A DNA stretch of 64,000 nucleotides from Octopus sinensis (lineage: Eukaryota): the NCBI RefSeq assembly GCF_006345805.1, contig NW_021831861.1:1-64000 (forward strand). The letters are read 5' to 3'. Of the stretch, positions 53,414 to 64,000 are shown piece by piece. The position numbers were made by a program, and so were the translations under genes. Below the pieces are notes generated by a model, which ran no database searches, was not told where the DNA came from, and saw only the letters and a list, made by a program, of their open reading frames with translations. Numbering within the stretch: position 1 is the first letter of the stretch; every line of letters starts with the position of its first letter.

Positions 53414-55682
53414 AATCAATCAAAATGAAAGAGCATATCCTTGTCTTATGCGTGAATTTTCTCTTTGTTATTGTGTCGTCTTTCAGTTCAGTTTTTAAAT
53501 CTTATATATGGCTCAGTGGTTAGGGAATCGGGTTCACAATCACGAGGTAGTGAGTTCGATTTTCGTGGGTGTTGTATTCTTGAGCAAGGCATTTTATTTC
53601 ACGTTGCTCCTGTTCACTCAGCTGTAGGAAATTAGTTGCGATGTCACTGGTGCCTAGTTGTATCGGCCTTTTGCCTTTCCCTTGATAACAGCGATGGCGG
53701 GCAGAGGGGAGGTTGGTATACATGGGTGACTGCTAGTCTTCCATAAACAACCTTACTCGGAGGAAAATTGTCTAGGTGCAATCCCACGGTCGTCTTTACT
53801 CTTTTGGCAATTCAAAGTCTTGTACACCTACAAGATACAAGGTGGGTGGGTATTCTTAATTCATAACTGAGTTTATCCACCCCATTGCTTGACCTATTCC
53901 ATATTTATCGACCCCGAAAGGATGAAAGGCAAAGTCGACCTCGGCCGAATTTGAACTCAGAACGTAACGGCAGACGAAATACGGCTAAGCATTTCGCCCG
54001 GCGTGCTAACGTTTCTGCCAGCTCGCCGCCTTACACTGGTTATTTATTGAAACCAAACTAACTTCTTTTTTTTTTTTGTGCCAGAAATTTTTTTAGAAGG
54101 TTATTAGCCCTTTGAACGTGGAAAGCAGATATATTCGCTCGAAATTTTATTACCGGTAACTGCGGAAGGTAGTTAATGGCGTATATGTGACTAAGATTAC
54201 AACACACGCCATCCACCCTGAAACGTGACGCCGATCCGTCGCAGGACTAACTTCCCAGCTTATTGCTAGGACTCATTTTAGCCATTTGAGTGGACTGGAG
54301 CAACATGAAATCAAGTGTTTTGCTCGAGGACTAAAAACACTGAACATTGCCTGGTCCTGGAGTCAAAACCATGATCTTACAATCGTAAGTGCAACATTAT
54401 AACCACAAGGCCCAGTGCCATTCTATTATCCTGCTTGTACAGGTGGTGGCGGTGGTGGATGGAAGCACTCCGTCGGTTTCGACGACGAGGGTTCCGGTTG
54501 ATCCTGCTCGTGGAATTAACGTGCAAGTGGCTGAGCACTCCACAGACACGTGTACCCTTAACGTAGTTCTCGGGGATATTCAGCGTGACACAGAGAGAGA
54601 CAAGGCCGGCCCTTTGAAATACAGGTACAACAGAAACAGGAAGTAAGAGTGAGAGAAAGTTGTGGTGAAAGAGTACAGCAGGGATCACCACCATCCCCTG
54701 CCGGAGCCTCGTGGAGCTTTTAGGTGTTTTCGCTCAATAAACACTCACAACGTCCGGTCTGGGAATCGAAACCGCGATCCTACGACCGCGAGTCCACTGC
54801 CCTAACCACTGGGCCATTGCGCCTCCGCAATGGCGGTGGTAGAGGTGGTGGCAACAAATTGAGACGATGCTGCTCACAACTTTTACATTTTTCTTCCAAA
54901 ATATCAGCATTCTACAAACATCTGTTTTACACATTAAACAGAAAGCACTCACGTTGCAGATTTCAAAATATTGTATAAAGTTGCGTGCGTAGGAGGCGGG
55001 GGATTGTATAGGAGGGATTACATATCTGGTCCCAATGTTTCTGCATCTGTCAGAAGTGAAAGCACGTGGATTAGAAGTTAAGGGTATTCGACTCACGATC
55101 GTGATGTCGTGAGTTCGATTCCCGGCGGCGGGTTGTGTCCTTGAGAGTGACATTTTATTTCAAGTTGCTCCAGTCCATTGGAATCTCCCTGAAAACTACG
55201 TTAAGGGTACGCGTGTCTATGGAGTACTCAACCACTTGCACGTTAATTTCACGAGATAGCTGTTCGGTTAATCGGATCAACTGGACCACGCGTCGTCGTA
55301 ACCGACGGAGTGCGAGATTTTTATGTATATCTCCGAATGTGTTGTTGTGGAGGGGGATAAGTCGATTACATCAACCGCATTACTTGACTGGTACTTTATT
55401 TTATCGACCCTGAAAATATGAGAAGCAAAGTTGACCTTGGTGAATTTGAACCCAGAACGTAAATAATCAGAAGAAATGCCACTGAGCAGTTTGTTCGATA
55501 CACTAACGGCTCTGTCAGCTCGCCCCCTTAAGTTTTCGTTTAGTTCCAGAATCCTTGGGGTGCGACGGTCCCCGTGAACGTAGTTGATCCCCGCCGCCGA
55601 TGCAGACGCGGACACGATCGCGGCCACGAGTACGAGGACGTCCGGTAGCGGAAGCAAGACAAGGAGCGCGAGCACGATTGCT

Positions 55683-56272
55683 TTCTTTACTACCCACAAA
55701 GGACTAAACACAGAGGGGACAAACAAGGACAGACAAACGGATTAAGTCGATTACATCGACCTCAGTGCGTAACTGGTACTTAATTTATCGACCCCGAAAG
55801 GATGACAGGCAAAATCGATCTCGGCAGAATTTGAACTCAGAACGTAGCGGCAGACGAAATACCTATTTCTTTATTACCCACAAGGGGCTAAACATAGAGG
55901 GGACAAACAAGGACAGACAAACGGATTAAGTCGATTATATCGACCCCAGTGCGTAACTGGCAATTAATTTATCGACCCCTAAAGGATGAAAGGCATAATC
56001 GACCTACGCGGAAATTGAACTCAGAACGTAGCGGCAGACGAAATACCGATTTCTTTACTACCCACAATTGGCTAAACACAGAGGGGACAAACAAGGACAG
56101 ACAAACGGATTAAGTCTATTATATCGACATCAGTGCGTAAGTGGTACTTAATTTATCGACCCCGAAAAGATGAAAGGCAAAGTCTACCTCGGCGGAATTT
56201 GAACTCAGAACGTAACGGCAGACGAAATAGTATACGCATTTCACCCGGCGTGCTAACGTTTCTGCCAGCTCG
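55683..56272 (-). mobile_element. SINE family B, head + 3 units
   Basis: TSD cgcgagcacgatt at 55667-55679 and 56271-56283. Confidence 0.85.
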
Positions 56273-56438
56273 CGAGCACGATTACTTCCACGCGGACGAG
56301 CATGAACACGAGTGTTATCATTAGAAAACTCGCTGTTTATTGATAATTCTTTATGTCTTATGTCTGTCAATTTACATTTAAAAAGAAAACCCCTCCAAAT
56401 AACCATTTATATAATTTATTTCTCCTTTATTTCTGCAG

Positions 56439-56587
56439 TCTGCCGTATTTTTATCAATGCCAAAACTAATGATGGGATAATTTCCGAAGAAGATATTCCT
56501 ACATCGGTTATGAGCATCATTAAAAGATCGAGAACCAAAGTGCCGATTGATTGCACGTGGGAGATACGCGCTCCTCCTGACAGTCAC
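56439..56587 (+). CDS. NETO-like protein, N-terminal part of CUB domain 2
   Basis: ttctgCAG acceptor, GTAAGA donor; phase 1/0; (V)CRIFINAKTNDGIISEEDIPTSVMSIIKRSRTKVPIDCTWEIRAPPDSH resembles NETO 'C....G.....DCxWxIRAPP'. Confidence 0.9.
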
Positions 56588-57751
56588 GTAAGACATGTCT
56601 TTTTTTTTTAATATTACGTTTTATTTTTTCATGTTAATTTTAATATTTTGTTAATTTCATTGAAAAAAATGTGTTTGCCATACTTACCTTCACACAAACA
56701 ACGAACTTCAAAACAGGCATATCCTCTTCATCATCATTATCTGGTTTACATGGCGTATAAGTAACCGAGATCACAACATTATCCCCTGAATTGGACGCCA
56801 ATCAATCGCGGGGTTAGCCATTTACAGCTGAGTAGTCTGGAGCAACGTGGAATGAAATGTTTTGCTCAATAACACAACGCATTGCCGAGCTCGGCAATCG
56901 AAACCACGATATTTCGATTGTAAGAGCAACACACTAACCACTAGGCCACGCTTCTTCAAAACAGACACACCAGGTGTAATATTATTCGGAATGAGACGAT
57001 TAGACGCAGATGTTTGATCGCTGATAATATGGTGCGGCTGACTCAATATTCAGCCTGTTTTGATGATTGTCAAGAAACAACGATACCTTTTTCCTCGTGG
57101 TGGAGGTGAGAATTCTTCCACCCACTCAGTGTGCGGCAACAACCAGCGTACTTCCACGCTACTTCGGGCCTTCAGTCATTCTACTGACAGCTAAAGATCC
57201 CTTACGCTTTACCTTGAACTGCAATGGTCTTCTGTTGGGTGTTCATCACCGCAGAGTAGCCTATTCACATTATTTGAGCTAATTTTCTCCGTTAGTTCGA
57301 CCTGTTAGTAGATATTAAGCTTATTTTGCTTGTCGTATAACAAGAAACAAGAAGGCGGCGAGCTGGCAGAAACGGTAGGGTGAAATGCTTAGCGGTATTT
57401 CGTCTGCCGTTACGTTCTGAGTTCAAAATTCCGCCGAGGTCGACTTTGCCTTTCATCCTTTCGGGGTCGATAAATTAAGTACCTGTTACGCACTGGGTCG
57501 ATGTAATCGACTTAATCCGTTTGTCTGTCCTTGTTTGTTCCCTCTATGTTTAGCCCCTTGTGGGTAGTAAAGAAATAAGGAACAAGCACATTATACAATG
57601 CTTTGCAGCATTTCGTCTGTCTTTACGTTTTGAGTTCAAATCCGCCGAAGTCGACTTTTGGGGTCGATGAAATAAGAACCAGTTGAGCACTGGGTCGATG
57701 TAATTGACTTGGCTCCTTGTGCTGAAATTTGAAAAGTTGTTTGTTTGTTTG

Positions 57752-58049
57752 TTCCTTCTCGAACCATGCCTGGCTCATAAGGGCCGGTTTCCCGGTTTCT
57801 TGGCGTATAGGTTCCCCACCTGGACGGGACGTCGGTCCATCGCAGGTGAGTTGCAAGATGCAGGAGGAAAGAGTGAGAGAAAGTTTTGGCGAAAGAGTCA
57901 GCAGATGTTTCGCCATTACCTTCTGCCGGAGTCGCGAGGAGCTTAGGTGTTTCGCTCATAAGCACACACATCGCCCGGTCTGAGATTCGAACCCGCGATC
58001 CCTTGACCGCGTGTCCGCTGCTCTAACCACTAGGCCATGTGCCTCCACA
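57752..58049 (-). mobile_element. SINE family C, tail type 3 with a V-SINE-like segment
   Basis: Same head and body, then cctgcgatggaccgacgtcccgtccagg, which resembles the V-domain core. Confidence 0.7.
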
Positions 58050-58470
58050 ATGTATAAATAAGTATAATATATTATCATAAAATCACAAGCATTGAAATAT
58101 AAACATGACCCCAGTATATACCCACGAACTAGGAACACACTATTTGAGATCTGCAAACAGCTCGCTTGTTGAAGTGTTGTCAATTGAAAGCTCTGCCCCT
58201 CGAACGCTTATTGGTTCTTGGAGTCATCGGGAGAGGATGCACATCGTTTGAGGACGCATTCAGTAAGATGAGTGGGCAGTGTGCTGTAAAGTCGTCGAGC
58301 GGAAGACTCTGAAACGATGCGCATTCGTTCCTGATGACTCCTTGGAAGCTACCGACATGCAGAGCTTTCGATTGACAGCACTTGCATGCACAAGCAAGCT
58401 GTCTGCACTTTGAAAACCTATAAACACAAACTAGGAACATACCGTTTGAAAGTCTTTCATACTTTTTCAG

Positions 58471-58702
58471 GTGCAGCTATCTCCAGTATCAATCGAATTA
58501 ACAAGATCCGGAGAGTGTAATCTCAACTACATGAGTTTTTATAAGCCTACAACCATTCTAGAAGCAATGTCTGCGAAATATTGTGACGGTAGAAAAGTGG
58601 TGCCGGTATCTTCGGATAGAAACCGTATTTTCCTGAGAGTTTTTAGTAAGACTATATATTTGATGCCGAAATTCAAATTTTTATATACTGTCTTTAGAAA
58701 TG
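58471..58702 (+). CDS. NETO-like protein, C-terminal part of CUB domain 2
   Basis: tttttCAG acceptor, GTAAGA donor; phase 0/1; VQLSPVSIELTRSGECNLNYMSFYKPTTILEAMSAKYCDGRKVVPVSSDRNRIFLRVFSKTIYLMPKFKFLYTVFRN aligns to NETO CUB2 (ECxxNF..Y....AKFC...F..LFTxF). Confidence 0.88.
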
Positions 58703-59691
58703 GTAAGAATGCTCGCTTCTGTTTATTCATTTTTGTATGTTTTGAAAATATCTTGCTTTGTTGCATCTGCCTTGTTGTATATTTGGGAGGGTCGTTATGC
58801 CAATGATAAACACATGCATTGACTTAGTTTCACTTTTTAATTTTTATTAGTAAATTGGTTAACCATTTCACCAATTGACTAAATCAAACAATCGATTAGT
58901 TAGTCGGTTAAATTGTTAACCAATTGACAAATAATAATAAACGAAGTGAAAGAGAACCAGTGCGTGTGTTTATTATTAGCATAATGACCCTCCGGAGATA
59001 TAACAAAACCTGTTTCGACACACGAGTTCACATCAATGATCTTGCAAACAAAATACGAAAACGAATTTTTATTACTTTACGTAAATGAATGCTTTTTTCA
59101 AATATCAGAATGATATTCCGATAAAATACATTTTACAGCAGTGGCATCTTCTAAGTATTATTTATACAGAACTGCATAACATTTTAAAGTATTATACCAA
59201 TGTAAGAAAGATGGTTGCTCCTGCTCGATTATTACTGAGCAGCTCTGTTACTGAAGACGTTTTCGCCTTCTTGAGGATTCGCTCAACTATCACGTTATTT
59301 GAGAATACACGCACCTTTCACTTTATTATACTATACCTTTATGAAATAAACATGTTTTCCCGTTAGAGAGGGCGCAACATCTGCTGTAACGCTTGTCAAC
59401 TTCTTTCAAAGTAAACCAAATCCACTTGAAGCAGTTGTTTTATCACTGTTAAAGAAATATTGGCCAGTTTTAGTTTCATTTGATGGTCCAACTGACATCG
59501 ACTCTTCTATAACTGCAAAAAATATATATATATCTTCAGTTCCTCAAACAAATACACGTGTTGAATTGCATACTGCATAACAGTGCTCCCATCTAGCGCC
59601 AGTGAGTATCATATTTGACAAAGGTATAGCTTCAGTTCCTGGTTTTCCTTCTGGGCAAACAGACCATAAAAAATTCTGTTTTAGAAAACGA

Positions 59692-60122
59692 CTAGCAGCA
59701 TAGCCCGGCATTGCCCGGGTATGTAAGAGCCCCTAGTAGGCAACGACTAATCCCAATCTAGTCCTTTCCCTCTTGGGAACGAAGGCGCATGTGTAGGTTG
59801 CAATATCTTCTCTTCACTCGAATACTTCTGTGTATACGATGTTCCTAGCTGTCCCTTTGGGCGATAAAAAGGTCGAGTTGTGTCCCCTAGACAGAAAATG
59901 TGTTGCATATAAAAAGCTTAGATTCTCGACCCCATGTCGAATTTATCGATTTTTTCAGAACTGGGGGAACTTTTCAAAATTTTCGCTGCGTTAGTTTTGA
60001 ATTATGACATTGGGCTATGTCTGTGTCAAGTTTCATCAGAATCGGTTGAAAGCCGTGGTCAGGGTAAGGGTACAACCTGACAGACACACAGACAGACAAA
60101 CTGCCGTTTATATATAGAGAGA
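59692..60122 (-). mobile_element. Non-autonomous Helitron (about 430 bp)
   Basis: Minus strand starts A|TC (60122) and ends with a GC hairpin (cccgggcaatgccggg) followed by CTAG|T (59692); (GACA)n near the 5' end; no TSD. Confidence 0.75.
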
Positions 60123-60426
60123 TTTACGCTTGGCAGTTCGATAATCAAGGACAAAACAAGCCATTGTCGGAGCTTCTAGTACGGTTAGCTATTTCACAAA
60201 AAAAAGCATGTTTGGTATTGTTTTAAAGTTCTCAGTAAGTAGTGAGCCACTTCGCTGTTGTTCATTTTATGACAGTTTACCCACAAAATTTTGGCTTTCA
60301 TCCTTTCAGGGTCGATTAAATAAGCACCAGTTGAGTACTAAGATCGATGTAATCGACTTTCCCCCTCCCTCAAAAACATCAGGCCTTGTTTATTATTATT
60401 ATTATTATTGTTGTTGTTGTTGTTGT

Positions 60427-60984
60427 TGAGTGAGAGAGTAGTGCATGCCATCAAAGTGACACTGGGGTAAAACATACGAAGCCCAGTATACCCATCATGA
60501 CTACCAGTCTGATAAGGGTACACCAGGCACATGCATCACAACCGTATGTGCGCGACATGGTGGTCTCATATCAAGATAAACAGCGCATGACCTTGCAGGT
60601 GGGACCCAGTTAGAATTTTCTTCAGGCAGAGTAGCCCATCCCGCTCAAAAGGTCCCTGAATAAGGGTATTTTAAGGATAATGAACGAAACACCCATGTTT
60701 CCAGAGGTGAATTATTCAAACCCCAAAGAATCCCTCTCAACACATGGCTATGATGCTCCCCCACTACTTCTGCTCGTGATCAGAGATGCACATATCGTCA
60801 GCCACTAAGGGACATGCTCAAATGGTTAAGGTCAAACAACTGACAAGCAAATCTGTGGTATTGAGCAGAATATTTGCTGTAGCCCATCTTTTATACCAAG
60901 ACAAAACAATGTACATGATAACACTTCCAATCAGTTAAGATCAGAAGCCATGAGAGCCAGTGCCTGGTACTGCATCAGGGCACT
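60427..60984. mobile_element. Unclassified non-coding interspersed repeat (~560 bp) flanked by trinucleotide microsatellites; truncated copy at 37261-37683
   Basis: Two highly similar copies, each with (TTA)n/(TTG)n/(CAT)n tracts on both sides. Confidence 0.75.
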
Positions 60985-61034
60985 TATTATTATCATCATC
61001 ATCATCATCATCATCATCATCGTTGTTGTTGTTG

Positions 61035-61065
<31 letters not shown>

Positions 61066-61073
61066 CATTATTG

Positions 61074-61122
<49 letters not shown>

Positions 61123-61262
61123 CATCATCATCATCATCATCATCGTTGTTGTTGTTGTTGTTATTATTATTATTATTGTTGTTATTATTATTATTTGTAG
61201 TAGTAGTGTATACGGTCCGATTATACTCTTGCTCTTTCTACCTCTCTCTCTCTCTATTCAAG

Positions 61263-61382
61263 GTGAATGTTCTGAAAACGAATTTTCATGCGACGAGAGA
61301 TGTCTTCACAAATCTCTTAAGTGTAATAAAAACGTCAACTGCAAAGATTCGACTGACGAAAACAGTTGTAATTCCCCATCAG
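61263..61382 (+). CDS. NETO-like protein, LDL-receptor class A (LDLa) domain exon
   Basis: CT-rich tract + AAG acceptor, GTAGGT donor; phase 1/1; GECSENEFSCDERCLHKSLKCNKNVNCKDSTDENSCNSPS has six Cys and a D-x-x-D-E motif. Confidence 0.9.
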
Positions 61383-61529
61383 GTAGGTTCCATTCACTTT
61401 TCTAATGAAATACCCACATAGACACACATAACAGCACATATGCATCGTCATTCAAAATGTGACCGCGTGTGTACCGTTGGCGATTTTTTTCCCTCCGTCT
61501 TCCCTTCTCTGGATCTTTCCTTTTCCTAT

Positions 61530-61564
61530 GTTTCTGACGAAGAGCCCCGCTCGAAACGTAAAAC
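61530..61564 (+). ncRNA. Minimal type I hammerhead ribozyme (HHR repeat family 1)
   Basis: gttt-CTGACGA-a-gagc ccc gctc-GAA-ACGT-A-aaac, inside a ~200-nt element (61465-61662) that ends in (TA)n. Confidence 0.8.
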
Positions 61565-61714
61565 CCTCCTTCTTCCCTTCCTTCCTGAGCGTCCAATAAT
61601 ACTATATTTGTTCCACGTCCTCGCGTTGTGTTTTGTCTTTGTGTTTTCACGTTTGGATTAACTATATATATATATATACATATAAAAAGTAAAATGTAAA
61701 AGAGTCAAAAGGAA

Positions 61715-61845
61715 GAGTATGTACGCTTAGGCTTCGGTACATACAGATTCTCGTATGTACAGGATTTAAAGTTAAGTTTAAATTAAATTATGTAGCGATT
61801 TACCTGTACAAGAAGATCTATATGTATCTCCTCAGGCGATACTCA
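61715..61845 (-). ncRNA. Degenerate type I hammerhead with a long stem II
   Basis: Minus strand: gagtatcgc-CTGAGGA-gatacatatagat...tgtacagg/cctgtaca...atctgtatgtacc-GAA-gcctaagcgt-A-catactc. A15.1 is mutated; the 3' end faces the (TA)n at 61663-61684. Confidence 0.45.
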
Positions 61846-62024
61846 GTTGCTGGGTCTGTAAGTAAATCTAAAGTTCCATGCTGCAACATCCATGGCTTCT
61901 TCTTTGAAACTAACAAACGCTGACGGTTTCAATTCACTCGGTATGAGTGTGTCATCACGTTCGACATCATGAGCTGCAATGTACACGATGTCTGTTTATT
62001 TATTCAGTTTCAAAATGTTATTCG

Positions 62025-62282
62025 GCACATGCCAAACCTGCGACGATTTCATCTCAATCGAAGGAGAGGGGCTTTCTCCGTCCGGGTTGCGGATCCGTGG
62101 AATAAGCTGCCAGACGAGATGGTGAAGATGCCGACGACCGCTTTGTTCAAAGTCTCCCTTGACCTCAAGTGGCCTGAACTCTTTACATGAACACCACCTT
62201 GTACTTAACTCCATGTCCTCCTACATGGCCTTGCTATTTGCTTTTGAGCCAAAAATTAACTAACTAACTAACTAACTAACTG
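62025..62282 (+). mobile_element. CR1-like LINE 3' end with a (TAAC)n tail
   Basis: RRFHLNRRRGAFSVRVADPWNKLPDEMVKMPTTALFKVSLD matches the CR1 ORF2 C-terminus; (TAAC)n at about 62256-62281. Confidence 0.75.
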
Positions 62283-62478
62283 TACCCTTACACAAAATAA
62301 ATTCATCCATTAACTCATACTTTTTACTTTTTATTTTTTATTTTAACACACGAGGAATACCTAAGACTAGAATTGGTAGCATACCATAAGTATACTACCG
62401 ACTATTTGGGAATTCTAAGGGTGAATGAGCTCGATTTGTATTTGTACTCTTATACGTTCTTAACAAACACACTTCAAC

Positions 62479-62537
<59 letters not shown>

Positions 62538-62639
62538 CATGTATACTCACATACACACACTCACACACACACACATACATTCATATCTAAATGTGTAAAT
62601 AGTAATAAGGAACTTGGTGGAGATGAATTTAATTCTACA

Positions 62640-63070
62640 ATGAATGACCAAATTGGAACTAAATCTGAGGGAAATATAAAGGGCTATCTTTGTTCTGAAC
62701 GGGAATCCTGCTGTGTGGGAAATAAGTGTAAAACAAAAAAATATTATATATAGCTGTATAATTACATCTGAGGGTAAGGAATTCTTTTACATAGGTGGGA
62801 CATCATTGATTTTCAAGAAAAGACTACCAAATCATTTGAGTTCATTTAAAGACAAAAATAAAAAGTTCCAAATAAGTCTAAGCAAATTAATCTGGTCCTT
62901 TTAAGGACAGTAACAAGGACTATACGATTAAATGGGAGTTAATTTGTACTGCGAAACCATGCAGACCTGGGATCAATAAATGTGATCCAAGGGTAATGTA
63001 ATAAATACTAGACAGGAGCAAGCATTGAGATGCTCGCACATGAGGAAATTCATATTAGCGAAGTATAAAT
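62640..63070 (+). pseudogene. Second, divergent PLE GIY-YIG endonuclease remnant
   Basis: Cys-rich linker (LCSERESCCVGNKCK), then NIIYSCIITSEGKEFFYIGGTSLIFKKRLPNHLSSFKDKNKKFQISLSKLIW...KWELICTAKPCRPGINKC; frameshifts. Confidence 0.75.
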
Positions 63071-63224
63071 TAATAATCATCATTTAAACTATGCAAGGTT
63101 TTGAAATGATGGACCGAAAATGATTATCCAATCATAATTTTGAAATATCTATAATATCGTCAAAACCTTGTTTATTTTTATGTTTTTTTTTTCATTTATT
63201 ATTAGTGTTGCTATTTCTTTTCAG

Positions 63225-64000
63225 ATATCAGAAAAAAGCAATTAAAATTCATTAAAATGACATGTCTATCGGACTGTCAAAGAGGTTAAATTGTTGGTGC
63301 TCGAATGGCAGGCGCTAGCGTAATCAAAACAGCCAAAATGTTTGGTGTTTCAAGAAGTATTGTGTCAAAAGTAATGACAGCCTTTGAGAAAGAAGGAAAA
63401 ACCTCCTCGTCGAAACAAAACTCCGGAAGAAAACCAAAACTTTCAGATAGGGACCGTCGGACTCTTACGCGGATTGTTAGAAAGGATCACAAAAGTACAG
63501 CACCCAGAATTACTGCAGATTTAATGAACACCTCGAGCACCCAGTTTCCACAAAAACTGTTCGGCGGGAGCTGCACTAAGCCAGATTTCGCAGGAGGGCT
63601 GCAATCAGAAAACCACTACTTTCAAAAACAAACGTTGCAAAGAGTTTAGAGTGGAGTAAAACCTACAGAATTGGTCCCTAGAGCAGTGGAAGAATGTTAC
63701 TTTCTAGGAGGAGACACCCATTACCTCATTTCCAACCACCTGCCGAGTATAAGTGTGGAGACAGCCAAAAGAAGCATTTGATCCAGACTGCCTTCTTCCA
63801 AATGTTAAACACGGAGGAGGATACGTGATGATTGGTGGGTGGGGGCTATGTCTTGGAAATCCGCCGGCCCAATGGTTTCCCTTCATGGCAGAATTAATAG
63901 TCAAGACTATTTAAGCATTTTATCTGATCAAATTCATCCTTTGGTTGTGGAACTGTTTCTGGAAGGAAACACAATCTTTCAGGCTGATAATGCCCCAATT
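63225..64000 (+). mobile_element. Tc1-like transposase remnant, runs off the window end
   Basis: MAGASVIKTAKMFGVSRSIVSKVM...SGRKPKLSDRDRRTLTRIVRKDHKSTAPRITADL paired-like HTH, then degraded DDE segments (VKHGGGYVMI, IFQADNAPI). Confidence 0.85.

Noticed and set aside
55555-55680. Short CpG-rich patch
   Set aside because: Too short for a CpG island, split by a SINE insertion and without identifiable motifs; probably an old repeat fragment.

Overview
This is AT-rich animal genomic DNA crowded with microsatellites and SINEs. The repeat landscape strongly suggests an octopus or other coleoid cephalopod (inference only). Nearly the whole window is intronic sequence of one + strand gene encoding a NETO/SOL-2-like (neuropilin and tolloid-like) CUB-CUB-LDLa protein. 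Five phase-compatible exons lie at 14754-15008, 37914-37946 (a 33-nt microexon), 56439-56587, 58471-58702 and 61263-61382; the start and transmembrane exons appear to lie outside the window. The introns hold tRNA-derived SINEs (some as head-to-tail multimers inside a single target-site duplication), a full-length decayed mariner, other Tc1/mariner/maT remnants, RTE and CR1 LINE fragments, a non-autonomous Helitron and Penelope-like element (PLE) remnants. The most interesting signal is about a dozen type I hammerhead ribozyme (HHR) motifs, intact or degenerate, from several unrelated repeat families. Many have a palindromic stem III, several are followed by AATAAA and a pyrimidine-rich tail, most end in (TA)n or (TG)n tracts, and they are often arranged as head-to-head fold-backs. 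The set includes a 3.1-kb inverted PLE (RT-thumb + GIY-YIG + HHR) and a 474-nt retrozyme-like partial tandem. Most ORFs in the supplied track are microsatellite or SINE artefacts. All folds and alignments were done by eye.
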